From NCBI RefSeq assembly GCF_009914755.1, contig NC_060947.1: a stretch of DNA of 64,000 nt. One strand, written 5' to 3'. The notes beneath the pieces were generated by a model. The model searched no databases. It saw only the letters and a program-made list of their open reading frames with translations, and was not told the DNA's origin. Positions 1 to 16,478 of the stretch are shown here, piece after piece. Position numbers and translations under genes: made by a program. The DNA is from the human T2T-CHM13v2.0 reference genome, Homo sapiens. Within the stretch, counting starts at the first letter, position 1. Each line of letters begins with the position of its first letter.

Positions 1-26
1 GTCATTGTTCAGAAAAATGTTAATAT

Positions 27-532
27 TGTAGGCCTAGATATTAGAAAGGCTTGCTTGCAAGTTTGGCCATTGGATGGTGTCCGGTAACTTGGATTTTGGG
101 AGACTTCTCCCCAAACGAACTGATAAGAGTGGCTTACTGTGCTTAAACCGTACAATGTGGTTTATACTGAACACCTACTTTACTTTCGGGGGACTGGAAT
201 TTTGGTATGCCCTAGGCAGAAAGTCACCACATAATCAACCTCTAATAAACACTGAGTCTTTAAAGAAATTGTCTGGTAGAAAACATTTCACACATTTTGT
301 TACAGCTTGTTGCTGCAAGAAGTAAGTGCGTCCTATGTGACTCTCCCAGGAGAAGACTTGGAAACTTATTCCTGGTTCCCTCCATACCTTTTCTCCTTGC
401 TGATTTTGCTTTATATCATTTCATTTTATTACATCTTAGGCATGAATACAACGTCTATATCCTGAGTCAGTCCTGTAAGTCCTTCTAGTGAATCACCAAG
501 GCTGGTTTTTGGACTTGGGGACACTTAGCACA
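27..532 (+). mobile_element. MER21-family ERV LTR (partial)
   Basis: 3' end '...gagtcagtcctgtaagtccttctagtgaatcacc...ggggacacttagcaca' resembles the recalled MER21 terminus; start approximate. Confidence 0.6.
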
Positions 533-1005
533 GTCATGATAAATTACCCTTTTGTTTACTTGATTTTATGTACTTGATTTTGTTGGCTAATGTTTTAATG
601 ATTTTCGTGCCTGCATTCATGAGGTATATTGATCTTTAGTTTTCTTTTCTAATAATATCTTTGATAGATTTTGATATCAGGGATTTGCTAGTCTCATACA
701 ATGAGTTGAGGAACATTTCTTTCTCCTGTTTTTGAAAGAATTTATGTAAATTAGGTATTATTTCTTTAAATATGTCAGAAGTCACTAGTGAAAACATTGG
801 AGTCTTTTTGTGGAGGGGAGTTAAATTACATATACATAATATAACATATATAACCTTTAAAAGTTCAATTTTTAACAGATTTTGGGCTGTTTGTATATTT
901 GTATATCTCAATTCATTCTTATATTAGTTTTTGTAAGTTGTATTTTTCAAGTAATTTTTTTATTGAGTCTGAATTTTCAAATTTATTGGCATAAAGTTGC
1001 TCTCA
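533..1005 (-). mobile_element. Old L1M ORF2 fragment
   Basis: Minus ORF 636-911 contains L1 ORF2-like 'IIPNLHKFFQK..E..FLNSLYE'. Confidence 0.7.
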
Positions 1006-1345
<340 letters not shown>

Positions 1346-1690
1346 TAGGGCCGGTAGTGCTGTTATGGGCGTGTCTTTGCGTCCAGAGCTACCAAGATGG
1401 CGGCAAGCCTCTTGCTCTCTGACCTGGGGTTCTTGGCCTCACGGATTCCAAGGAAGGGAACCTTGGGCCACGCGGTGATCCGTACAGTTCTGTTAGAAGC
1501 CCGGGGTTATGGAAGAGAAGCGTGGAAACCAGCGACCAGCGTTCAGGTAGATTAGGACCAACCCCGGCACTTAGCTGCACAGGAACAATGGCGAGCCCCT
1601 TTGGGCGCCTCACTGATCAGAAGGGCAGAGGACACCCTGCTGGATCTGGAGGAGTGGAAGTCAATGGCGGGTCTGCGAGGGCGGCGTTCA

Positions 1691-1895
1691 GCGGTGGTGG
1701 ACGGAGGGTGTTGAGCGGTGGTGGACGGACGGCCTTCGGCGGTGGTGGACGACGGCCTTCGGCGGTGGTGGACGGACGGCCTTCGGCGTTGGTGGACGGA
1801 CGGCCTTCGGCGGTGGTGGACGGACGGCCTTCGGCGGTGGTGGACGGACGGCCTTCGGCGTTGGTGGACGGACGGCTTTCGGCGGTGGTGAACGG
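1691..1895. repeat. 24-bp CpG-rich minisatellite (gcggtggtggacggacggccttcg), about 8.6 copies, in LTR17 U5
   Basis: Units start at 1691, 1715, 1739 (23 bp), 1762, 1786, 1810, 1834, 1858, 1882. Confidence 0.97.
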
Positions 1896-1945
1896 TGAGC
1901 GAAAGCCGGAACAAACATGGACGAGAAGAGTGTGCAGTTGCAAGG

Positions 1946-1951
1946 TTTAAT
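1946..1951 (-). terminator. LTR17 polyadenylation signal ATTAAA
   Basis: tttaat on plus strand at the expected R-region position. Confidence 0.6.
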
Positions 1952-2026
1952 AGAGTGAAAACAGAGTTCCCATACAACCGGAGGGGACCCAAGGGGGTTG
2001 CCCACTCCTGGCTTGAATGCCTGGGG

Positions 2027-2147
2027 TTTATATCCCAATCATTGTCCCTCCCCCAGTGCTCTCAGGCGATAGATGATTTGGTATTTCTTTACCTCCTGTT
2101 TTTAGCCTAATTGGTACTTTAGTGAGCTCTCTTTACTACCTGATTGG
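2027..2147 (-). promoter_or_regulatory. LTR17 U3 core promoter motifs
   Basis: TATAAA (2027-2032) and CCAAT (2110-2114, 2143-2147) on minus strand; activity not shown. Confidence 0.55.
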
Positions 2148-2600
2148 TCGGGTGTGAGCTGAGTTACAAGCCCGGTGTTTAAAGGTGAGTGCAGTCACCT
2201 TCGTCAGCTAGGCTTAGGAACTCTTAGTCGGTCTAGGAAATCCAGCTAGTCCTGTCTCTTAGTGCTGTTCCTCTTTGTTTCGTGACATTGGGAATTTGTA
2301 TGTTCTCTTATTTTGTTTTCAGTTTTATTGGGAGATTAACAAATTTATTAATCTCTTGAAAAAACTTCTTCCATCCTTTTACATCTAATTGAAAGAAAAG
2401 AGCCACACATTTTATGTGTGGGTTTTTATTATTTAGTTTAAAATATTTTGTAAATTCCAGTATGATGCTTTTTCTAATATGTGAGTAATATGAGAGCAAT
2501 TTGCTAATTTCTAAAAATGTAAACTCATCTTTTAATTTCTGACTTCTACTTTCTTTGTGTGTGTGTGTGTGTATTGTGTGTGTGTGTAAATGAGGCCTAA

Positions 2601-2930
<330 letters not shown>

Positions 2931-2956
2931 TGAAAATTTTTTATGAGGTGAAACAG

Positions 2957-3450
<494 letters not shown>

Positions 3451-3914
3451 CCCAGAGCACAGTCAATTTTTGTAAATGTTCACTGTGTGCGTGAAAAAAA
3501 AAAAAACACTTTTCTTCTTATGTCTCTCTCTATTTTCTCCTTTTCGTCTCTTTTTCTACACACATGCACATACATGCATGAACACACACGTTAGATCAAG
3601 CATATTCATGGCATTGTTCAAATAATTTTTATAATTTGATATTTTAATTGTTGAGTTTTGAAAAGAAATTCATGTTAAAACTACCTTAGTGGTTTCTTTT
3701 TGTGTTTTCTTCAAGTTTTGTTTCATGTGTTTTTGGGTCATGCTGTTCAGTTTTCACAAATTCGAGCTAGGTGGGCTGGGTGGATTATCGTTTCTATCAT
3801 GATGAAGTATACTTCGTCATATATTTAGTATTTTTTTCTTTGAATTCAACTTATTTTCATATTAATATTGATTGTCGATGTACCAACTTAATTATTTGCC
3901 TCATATATCTTTTT

Positions 3915-3981
3915 CTTTTTTTTTTTTTTTGAGACGAAGTCTCACTCTGTCGCCCAGGCTGGAGTGCAGTGGCACGATCTC
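3915..3981 (-). mobile_element. Severely 5'-truncated Alu
   Basis: Tail plus ~50 bp of Alu 3' end between perfect 19-bp repeats ttgcctcatatatcttttt (3896-3914, 3982-4000). Confidence 0.93.
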
Positions 3982-5342
3982 TTGCCTCATATATCTTTTT
4001 ATGTCGTTTTAATTATTTCAACCTTTCTGGTGTTTGTTGCTTTTTTTTTTTTAAAGTGAATTTCTTGTAAGTAGTAAATAGCTAGATTTTTAGATTCAAA
4101 TATTACTATCTTTCTTGTTAAATAGGCAAATATAATCAACATTGATTTTCATTTTGTATATTTGGAATTATGTCATCTTATATTTTCTACTTACAATTCC
4201 TTCTGTACCATATGGGTTTGGACTTGATCCTCTGGGGTAAGAATATTAGGAATCTCCATTTGTATGCAAAATGTGTCCAGTCAATCCAAAGTCATGTAGA
4301 TGGAGGTAAAAGTTTCTGGAATACTATTTTCCCCTCGGTTCTTCCAACTTACTTTGAAATGAATAACCAGTATAAGCACACTTTAGAAGCAACTTTAAAG
4401 CCTACTTGGTGTCCCCATTTACTAAATAACTCTGTATTTAATAAAACTTACTTTTGCTAATGGCAGGAAATGGGAGAATCAGACTCTCCCAGAGATCACA
4501 GGCTTCATTTCCCTTCACACTTTATAGCTGGATCAGCAGTTACTGCTGTATCTGAGTTGTCTAAGGCTAATAACGCTGGAGCTGAGAAAAAAATACCTCA
4601 CTTACTGTTTTACAGCAGTCACTGTCTGATAATCACAGAATGATCTCTGTGTCAGTTATGTGTCTTCCAGGTAAGACCAAAGTGCCAGCTCAAATAATGG
4701 GGCAATGCAGTGTCTTAATACAGATATTTCTATAAAATGCTCGGAACACCGGTCTTAAAATTGCAACAGATTTTCTTTCATGCCAATTCCTAGTTAAACT
4801 AGGTACTCTATAACATGTATTTATTTAAAAGGTATAACTGAATTCCATTGATGTTAATAGCAAATGTAATATTTGAATGTCTCCATTAAGAAAAATACTG
4901 TTGAGCAAATGGCTCATGAAGATGTGTACCAAAATATTCATACTTTCTACAGAGGCTCCATCTTTTAGAGTTCAATTAAAGTTCCTCTACCCATGAAGCT
5001 CAGGTGCCAGAAAGGGTTTCAGCTGGAAATCTCTTCATAGAATTAAGGGATTGATAAGAAGAGAATATTTTTTCATTCCTTTTTTATCAGTAGTCCATGT
5101 TAACAATTAAAGTTGAACGAGGATTTTTCCTTAAGTTAATTTTTTTTTAAATGCAGAGGTTTAAAAACTTTAAAAGAAAGGAGCTTTCCCCTTAGAGTCC
5201 TCACACTAGTTGACTGTGAATTTTAAAAGAATACCTACCACAGGGTACAAGAAACTCACTGGTATGTATCTGAGGCCTGTGTTTTTCCAATCTAGAAGCT
5301 ACAAGGATATTTGCTGGGAAAGTCCTTATAAGAAAAAGACTT

Positions 5343-5661
<319 letters not shown>

Positions 5662-5894
5662 TTACTTACGCCAGTTAACTCTATGCAGATCAAATTTGGC
5701 CTATTGGTGATGGCAATCTACTTCATAAATTTACTTCCAGGTCAGTGAGGGCCTATAGAAGTGTGATTCACATGGCTGAAATGAGAGAGGAATCTGAAGA
5801 TTGTTTAAGAGAAAGACACCTTGGATAATACATACCCATCAACCAAGGGATACCTTACCTCACCTGAGATTCCCTGTTAAAAATTACTTACTTG

Positions 5895-7131
<1,237 letters not shown>

Positions 7132-7236
7132 ACACATCATAGGTTTTTGTGAGAATTGAATTAATATATTTTTTAAAGTGCTTATGATAAAGTCTGGCAA
7201 ATAAGAAGAACCTAGCTTAACTATAAGAAATTAGCA

Positions 7237-7567
7237 CACGCTGGGCAGTTTATAAACAATAGACTTTTATTTCACATTTCTGGAAGCTGAAGGTCCAAGA
7301 TCAAGGTGCTGGCATGGTCAGGTTCTGGTGAGGGCCCTCTTTCCTGTTGCAGACTGTCAACTTCTCACTGAATATGCAAATGGCAGAGAGCAGAGAGAGA
7401 AAAAGCAACTGTTTTGCATCTTTATGTAAAGGCATAAATCTCATTGATGAGTGTGTCTTCATGACCTAATTACATCTGAAAAGTCTCTTTTAATACCATC
7501 ACATCAGGGGTTAGGATCTCAACATATTAATTTTGAGAGAACAGGAAGACTCAGTCATTAATGGCAC
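7237..7567 (-). mobile_element. MLT1A-type MaLR LTR
   Basis: 'tctggaagctgaaggtccaagatcaaggtgctggcatggtc..ggttctggtgagggc'. Confidence 0.75.
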
Positions 7568-7899
7568 CACACAAGCATCGGTTGTTACTATTGTTATTAT
7601 TACTATTAGATATTTTAGTTGAGATGTTAACTAGGCCTTTTAAAAATTTGTACATATTTAGGGGGTACTAATGTGGTATTGTTATCTTACTATATTGTAT
7701 AGTGGTGAGGTCTGGGCTTTTAATGTAACCATCACCCTAATAGTGTACATTGTACCCATTACGTAGTTTCTCATCTCCCTCAAAGCCTCCTACATTTCCA
7801 AGTTTCCAATATCTATTATTCCACCCTCCATATCTATGTGTACACATTATTTAGCTCCCACTTATAAGTGAGAACATGCAATATTTTATTTGTTTCTGA

Positions 7900-8265
<366 letters not shown>

Positions 8266-8299
8266 ATCTCATTCTTTTTTATAGCTGAGTAGTGCTCCG

Positions 8300-8303
<4 letters not shown>

Positions 8304-8347
<44 letters not shown>
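8304..8347. repeat. (CA)n microsatellite
   Basis: About 22 perfect units. Confidence 0.97.
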
Positions 8348-8353
<6 letters not shown>

Positions 8354-8846
8354 CACACATAGATATATATACATATAACGCACATATATATCTCTCTCAC
8401 ATTTGCTTTATCCAATCATCCATTGATGGGCACTCGCTGATTCCATGACTTTGCTGTTGCAAATAGGGCTGCGATAAACATTCGAGTGCAGGAATCTTTT
8501 TGATATCACTGTTTCTTTTCCTTTGGGTAGGTACCAAGTAGTGGGATTGCTAGATTGAATGGTAGTTCTATTATTAGTTCTTTGAGAAATATCCATACTG
8601 TTTCCCAAAGAAGCTGTACAAATTTGCATTCTCGCCAACAGAGTACGTGTTCCATTTTCTATACATCCACACCAAGGTCTGTTGTTTTTTGACTTTTTAG
8701 TAATAGCCATTCAGACTGTTGTGAGATGGCAACTCATTGTTATTTTAATTTGCATTTCTCTGATGATTAGTGGTGGTGAGCCTTTTTTCATGTTTGTTGG
8801 CCATTTGTATGTCTTCTTCTGAAAAATATCTGTTCATGTCTATTGA

Positions 8847-9167
<321 letters not shown>

Positions 9168-9224
9168 AAGAATATATAAGAATATTTATATATAAGAATA
9201 TTGTTATATATAGAATATAAAGGT

Positions 9225-9885
9225 ATACATATAAAGTTCAGAGAAGGGATCTAGTTTGGAAACATAATATTTTGGAGACAGCAGCATGTAGATGGTATTT
9301 TGGCCAGGATACAAAGAGACTATCAAATATATGAATGTAGAGAGACTCTTTAAGGGCCAGAAACGCTCTGCCATTTAGAAGCCTCGGAAATAACAAGGAA
9401 CCTTGAAAGGGAACCAAGAAGCAGTGGAAAGAGTGTTGGGAAGAAATCCAAGTGTGTGGTATTCTGGAAGCTACATGAAGAAAGCCTATCAGAGAAGGGA
9501 ATATGACCAACTTGTTGAAATGCCGTTGCTAACTTTAATAACGTGAGGCCTCAGAATAGAAAGAGTAGGTTTTAATTCATTTTATTTCAATTCAATTTAT
9601 TTACTTGTGACTTTGACAAGAGCAGTTTTATTGGAATGGTGGGAGCTCAAGCTTTATTTGGGTTTAAAATGAATTAGAAACAGAATATAGACAATACTTT
9701 CTAAGACTTTTGTTTTTCAGAGAAGGACAGAAATGGGGGTGAAGCTGAACAAAGAAGTGGGATCAAGTCAAGTTTTTCTTAAGATGATAGAAATAATAGC
9801 ATAGTTGTATCTGATGATATTGACCTAGAAGAGTGGGAAAAGAGCAATGCTAGATAGAGGGGAGAATTGCTGGAGTGATGCGATT
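9225..9885 (-). mobile_element. L2 fragment
   Basis: 'tgactttgacaagagcagttttattggaatggtggg' is L2-like. Confidence 0.65.
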
Positions 9886-10364
9886 AAGACATGTTTCTCG
9901 ACATTACTGGAGAGAAGACATTGCTTTTGGCTGTCCCTGAAGACTTTAGCTATGTAACAGGAAAAATGGAGTACTGACATTGAACTTGGAAAGACAAATT
10001 ACCAGTAACGTTGCAAACAAATCAGGGAAAGGGGTTATTTTGGAGCTTGCCTCTCTCCCCACTAGTGATGAGCCTTATAAACTACTAGTAATGTTTATGG
10101 TCTGAAGAGGGGATATGTTGACAAAGGCACATATCATCAATTCCTGCAAACTCAACAACCAAATTTCTTATGGATCTCTATGCTTTTTTCCATCTGCACC
10201 GACAGTGTCTTAGTCCAAGTTGCCATCGTTTCTCATCAGAATTCCTGTAAGACGCTCCTAAGTGGTGATTCTACTTTGATGGTTGCATCTTGGAATCTCT
10301 TCACCACATAACAGCAAAAGAAATTATTTTTAAAAAGAAGTCATATAATATCAACATTCTGTTC

Positions 10365-10775
10365 TGTATTAGTCTGTTTTGTGTTGCTAAAAAGGAATAC
10401 CCGAGACTGGGTAATTGGTAAATAAAAGAGGTTTATTTGGCTCCCAATTCTGCAGACTGTACAAGCATCACAGCAGCACCCTCAGCTTCTGATGAGGCAT
10501 CAGGAAACTTGTATTCATGGCAGAAGGTGAAGTGGAAATAGGCATGCCACGTGGTGAGAGAGGGAGCAAGAGAGAGAGAGGAGAAGGTTCTGGGCTCTTT
10601 TTAAGCAGCTAGCTCTCACGTGAATTGATAGAATGAGAACCATGGGTAGGGTACCAAGCCATTCATGAGGGATCCACTCTTATGACCCAAACACCTCCCA
10701 CCAGGCCCCATGTCCAACACTGGGGGTCACATTTCAATGTGAAATTTGGAGGGGACAAACATCCAAACTATATCG
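10365..10775 (-). mobile_element. MST-type MaLR LTR
   Basis: 'tgtattagtctgttttgtgttgcta..aaggaatacccgagactgggtaatt' to 'caaactatatc'. Confidence 0.85.
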
Positions 10776-11279
10776 TACTCCCACCAGTGTCTTTGTGAAA
10801 GAAGGCTTTATCCAAAACTTGGAAAAATCACAAAATAGGAATGACCTGATATGTTAATATCATGTTATAATATGTCCTAAGAAGCCTGATTGATTCTCAT
10901 CTGACATTCCTCTGACACACATTCTCATCTGATGGCAGCCTTGTCAAAATTTGGCTAATAAGCATCCACAGCTATTAACAGTGAAGTCAGTTTGGAACCC
11001 TGTGAAGTTAGAGGTTAACCAAGAAATTGATAAGGTGTTAGAATTGTGTAGTCTGCTGGGAAAGTTAATACCCAAACTGCTATGGTTTTCTTTTCCTGTA
11101 GAAAAGCATACAACCATATATCTAACTTAGAAGTCTTACATAGGCATTTTTTTTTCGCCTTGACTATATAAATTCTTGCTTGTCAAATACTCTTGGAACT
11201 CTCTTTTCTTTCTTCCCTATTGGTTCCCTTATTAATAAATTAAAATGTTCACATCTATTTATATTAAAACATTGTCACA

Positions 11280-12139
<860 letters not shown>

Positions 12140-12140
<1 letters not shown>

Positions 12141-12640
12141 TGGTAGATTAAATTGTCATAATTATTCAGTCACTTGTAGTACTGGTATTATACATACATT
12201 TCCCTGCCATGGCCTTATGATAGTTGGATGATGTAATGGTTAATTTTATATGTCAAGTTGATTGGGTCACCTGGTACCGAGATCTCAAATTAAACATTAC
12301 TTCTGGGTATGTCTTTGAAAGTGTTTCTAGAGGAGATTATCATGATCTGAGAAGAGAGTTGAAATGTACCTTTGAAGTACCTTTAATGCTGGGCTTGTCT
12401 CGTCTACTGCCATTGCTGTGAGAAAAAAAAAAAGATGCCCTGTCTAGTTGCGACTGCTTCAACCTATATACCGGAATGAGACACATAGTGAAGCACACCT
12501 ATATTCAGTTTTCAGCCTGAATTTATTCTGCCCTCATTGACTTTGAAGACCCATGGATGAGAAAAATGAGTATTTTTGTCTACCTCTGAGATATTATACT
12601 TATGTGTTATGTAGCCTTACTGTACCAATAGCTACTTTAG
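12140..12640 (+). mobile_element. Old MLT1 LTR with an MLT2 5' fragment at ~12230-12340
   Basis: 'tgtaatggttaattttatatgtcaagttga' matches the MLT2 start; flanks are MLT1-like. Confidence 0.5.
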
Positions 12641-13263
12641 GCTCTAAGTGTTCAATAGGTTATCATTAAATGAATGAAATGAATTGTAAATATTTGGCAC
12701 ATGTTGCTTCGTACGATTAAAAAGCATTTTGTTAAACTACTAGGCATTTTACACTGGGAATCATCATGTTCCTATGTAGAATGTATTAGTAGAGGAAATT
12801 TTGGATGTTGGAGTATGGTAGCTCTTCTTCCTGTCTTCATAAATGTCGTCTAATAGCTAAACAGAAGCTGAATGTAGCACTTTGAAAGCTCTAGCAAGGA
12901 ACGTGATATTGTCAGATTCCAAGCCCATGGTTTGACAAGATCTCTGGCTGGAGTTCCTCGCCAGTAGAATGGATTAAAAGTAAATAGGCTGTTAATTTAT
13001 GTGTGCTTTACTGCCCAAGAAACAAAAATCCTAGCCAACAACCTTGATCCCTTTGTCTGTATGCTTATACCAATACAAAGCAGACTACTAAAGCAGTGAA
13101 GCCTCTTATGAGGAATAATCTGGAAAATGATTATCCTGCCTCTGACTTTGGGGAAATACTGATGAGGGATACTTTCCCAGAACAGAACCAGGGGAAGCCA
13201 GCTTGGGTGATCAGGAAACTCAATTCACTTCTAGGACAGAACATCCTCTGTGTTGCTGTCTAA

Positions 13264-13551
<288 letters not shown>

Positions 13552-13789
13552 TAATCACTTTTATTAATGTTGCCTTGTTTTTCCTGCATCATGGGTACAT
13601 GAATGTGTTTGGGGTTAGTATAATACTATTTAGTCTTGGATCACTGATGCATCACTTAGAGATTATGGACTTGAGTTGAGTGCATTACCCAGAAGAAACT
13701 TTAGGGAGCCTCTCTTTAGGGACACTTGAAGGAATTTCATGTAGGTGTGGACACTTTTAAAGATGTATGTATTAGAAGGACGCAGAACA

Positions 13790-14362
13790 TGGTTGTTGTT
13801 TGCCTACAGATTATCCATTTCCCCCTTCTTTCTTCTTAAGAGAACCGTAATTTTCTTAAGGCATTTGCCTTCCTTCATGAAGCTCATGTAATTGAAAAAA
13901 AGGTGCCCTTATCTTCAGCTTCAGAATAAATGATAAACTAATCAATCATAATAATGCCTTTCCTCTTGCCAGCAATTATTTCAGGAAGCCAAGCTTAAGC
14001 TAATCAGTATGTGGCAATGTCTAGGGATGAAGATGTGATGTAATTTGGCTCAGCGAGAAAGAAGGTATAAATAGGGTGATAGAATTTCTCTGGTAGAAAA
14101 TGAACAAAGACGTGCATAGCTTTGATGGCTCTTGCAGGTATCATATAACCATGAGGGGTACTAGCATTATTAATACGAAGCTGAAAATGTGGACAGGAGG
14201 GCTAAGAAATTACATGAACTAATTACATCATTAAAGAGTTGATCCAGTCCACCCAGAAGCCTTCACTTCACTCGAAATACCTTTTGTGTGTGATAACATA
14301 CGCCTCATTGCTTGAGTTGTGGATTTTGGTTACTTGCAGCTGTAAGCATTCTGACTGATACA
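13790..14362 (+). mobile_element. LTR33-like ERVL LTR
   Basis: Terminus 'gttacttgcagctgtaagcattctgactgataca'. Confidence 0.55.
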
Positions 14363-15151
14363 AGTCATTCTTGGTGTGTGATTTTGAATTGGTGACTTAA
14401 ATTCTCCAAGGTTCAATTTTCTCAACTTTTTTTTCTGAAAATACTATATCAATCACTTTTGTCTTCATAGTATCTAAATAACATTGGGGGTAATCCCGAG
14501 AGAAATGTGAGTCAGGGCCTTACCTTTTACTTGGAAACTGAATGAGGGGCAGATATTCTTAACTTCAAGTTGTTGGCATAGACCCAGGGGACGAGCATAG
14601 CCATGTGGACGCTTCTGCCAGGAGCTCTGACACTTTAGGAGGTATACTAAGATGTAGAGAAAGTCAACACTTATTTGCAGTGTTTGTGGCAGAGGCTAGA
14701 GTCCAGTAGTGTGACAGAGAGTATTGAGAAATGACAGTGCTTCCAGTGGGACCCTAAGAAAACTGCTTCTCTGGGGTGATTCTGGGTGAGCTCTTCCTCC
14801 CTTGACTATTGCCATATATTCTTCACCTGACTCTCTGCTCTTCTCATGGACTCTTAAGAACAATGTGTTATCTCTCTAACGAATTGTTTTTCTGCTTATA
14901 TTACCAGACTCGGTGTCTGTTGTTCGCAAATGAAAGCACCAACTAGAATAATTATTTGCCTAATAAGGTTGATTTGAGGACTAGATGAGATAACATTTAA
15001 GTAGATGCTGAATAAAATTAAATTTAAGATTCACAAGGTTTTGCTTGAGTAACAAATGTATCCTACATTTTGGATACATGTAATTATAAATATCTACTTT
15101 TCACTCATGCTACAAGTCTACTGTGGATTGGCTATTTCTCGGTGCTATGTC

Positions 15152-15464
15152 ATTTTTTTGAGACGAAGTCTCGTTCTGTCGCCCAGGCTGGAGTGCAGTA
15201 GTGCGATCTAGGGTCACTACAACCTCTGCCTCCCAAGTAGCTGAGGTTAAAGTAGCTGTAGTTAAAGTGATTCTCCTGCCTCAGCCTCCCAAGTAGCTGG
15301 GATTACAGACGCCCACCACCATGCCTGGCTAATTTCTGTATTTTTAATACAGACAAGGTTTCACCAAGTTGGTCAGGCTGGTTTTGAACTCCTGACCTCA
15401 GGTGATCCGCCCGCCTCAGCCACCCAAAGTGCTGGGATTACAGGCGTGAACCACCGCGCCCAGC
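15152..15464 (-). mobile_element. AluS with internal duplication, within an old MLT1 LTR
   Basis: Dimer; TSD tgctatgtcat. Confidence 0.92.
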
Positions 15465-16048
15465 TGCTATGCTATGTCATCTTTACTTCAGAAAACAAGC
15501 TGAGGGAGTATCTTCTTTCTGGAATACTGTCAGTCTTCATGGCAGAGAGAAAGGAGACAAAGTGAACCACTCTCTTAAACCTTCTGCCCGGAAAAGACAC
15601 ATATCACTTCCACATTTCACTAGCCCAAGCGAGTCCCGTGGGCTCTCCTGATTTCATTTGGAGTGGGATGTATCCTTCTACAGGGAAGAAGACTAAAGGA
15701 GAAACACTGGAACATTTAGTGAATAGTTACAGAGGCTACCGCAGTATATTTACCTGTTCCTGACGTCTTTACATAGGGACTTGGCCAGTTATAAATTCCT
15801 TGGCGGAGTCATGTTAGTTCCTATCAGGTGCTCTACGTGGAGCAGTACTTAGATTTTAGCTTCATTTCTTGGCCTCTAAGGATTTTCCTCATTTTTTGGA
15901 TGGGTGATACATTTGAAAAGTTTTAAAAATAGGTTATACATGGTTTTTAGTTGCTTTGCAGTGAAGGGAAGTTTAGTTTGCCTTGATGCCATTAACAGAA
16001 TTTGACATTTACAACGCACAAACACATACAAATATATACCACCTGATA

Positions 16049-16478
16049 TGTTGCTGGAGGTTGGGATCTCAAAAACAGACATTGAGGTTGAGTGTATGGG
16101 GTGTCAAATATTTATTAAGGATCAACAGCTGTGAGAGGGAGGAGGCTGAAGCAGGATTGGGCAGAGAAAGAGGTGGAACTTCTATGCAGGCGCAACAAAG
16201 CCTCATTCAGCCTTACTGGCAGCTCTTGAGAAAGCGTTGTGCATCAGTGATACCGGGCATTGGCCTGGAATGGTGTAGGCTTTATGGCTATAAAGCCACC
16301 TGTTCAGATGCCAGATGTAGGCTTCTGTGGGTGTTACCTTGAGCCAGGTGACTGCGGCTGAGGCAGACCCTGCAGGAGTTGACAGCTAGAGGCTGTGTGC
16401 TGAACCACACTTCCTGCAGATGGGCAGCAAGTCCTTCCTTGAAGTGGGAGCTGGGCAGTATATTTTGTGTCTGCCACA
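16049..16478 (-). mobile_element. LTR16-type ERVL LTR
   Basis: 'gaagcaggattgggcagagaaaga..' and end 'gtgtctgccaca'. Confidence 0.7.

Larger units (their letters stand above)
1361..2261 (-). mobile_element. Solo LTR17 (ERV-W LTR)
   Basis: Minus strand starts TAAGAGACAGGACTAGCTGGATTTCCTAG (LTR17 consensus TGAGAGACAGGACTAGCTGGATTTCCTAG) and ends ...TAACA; 4-bp TSD gtgc at 1357-1360 and 2262-2265. Confidence 0.93.

Noticed and set aside
1691-1895. CRISPR-like array
   Set aside because: Head-to-tail tandem units with no unique spacers, no cas genes, and a primate LTR context.
1522-2038. Overlapping 108-146 aa ORFs with repeated peptides
   Set aside because: They result from a stop-free GC-rich 24-bp repeat inside an LTR; there is no independent coding evidence.
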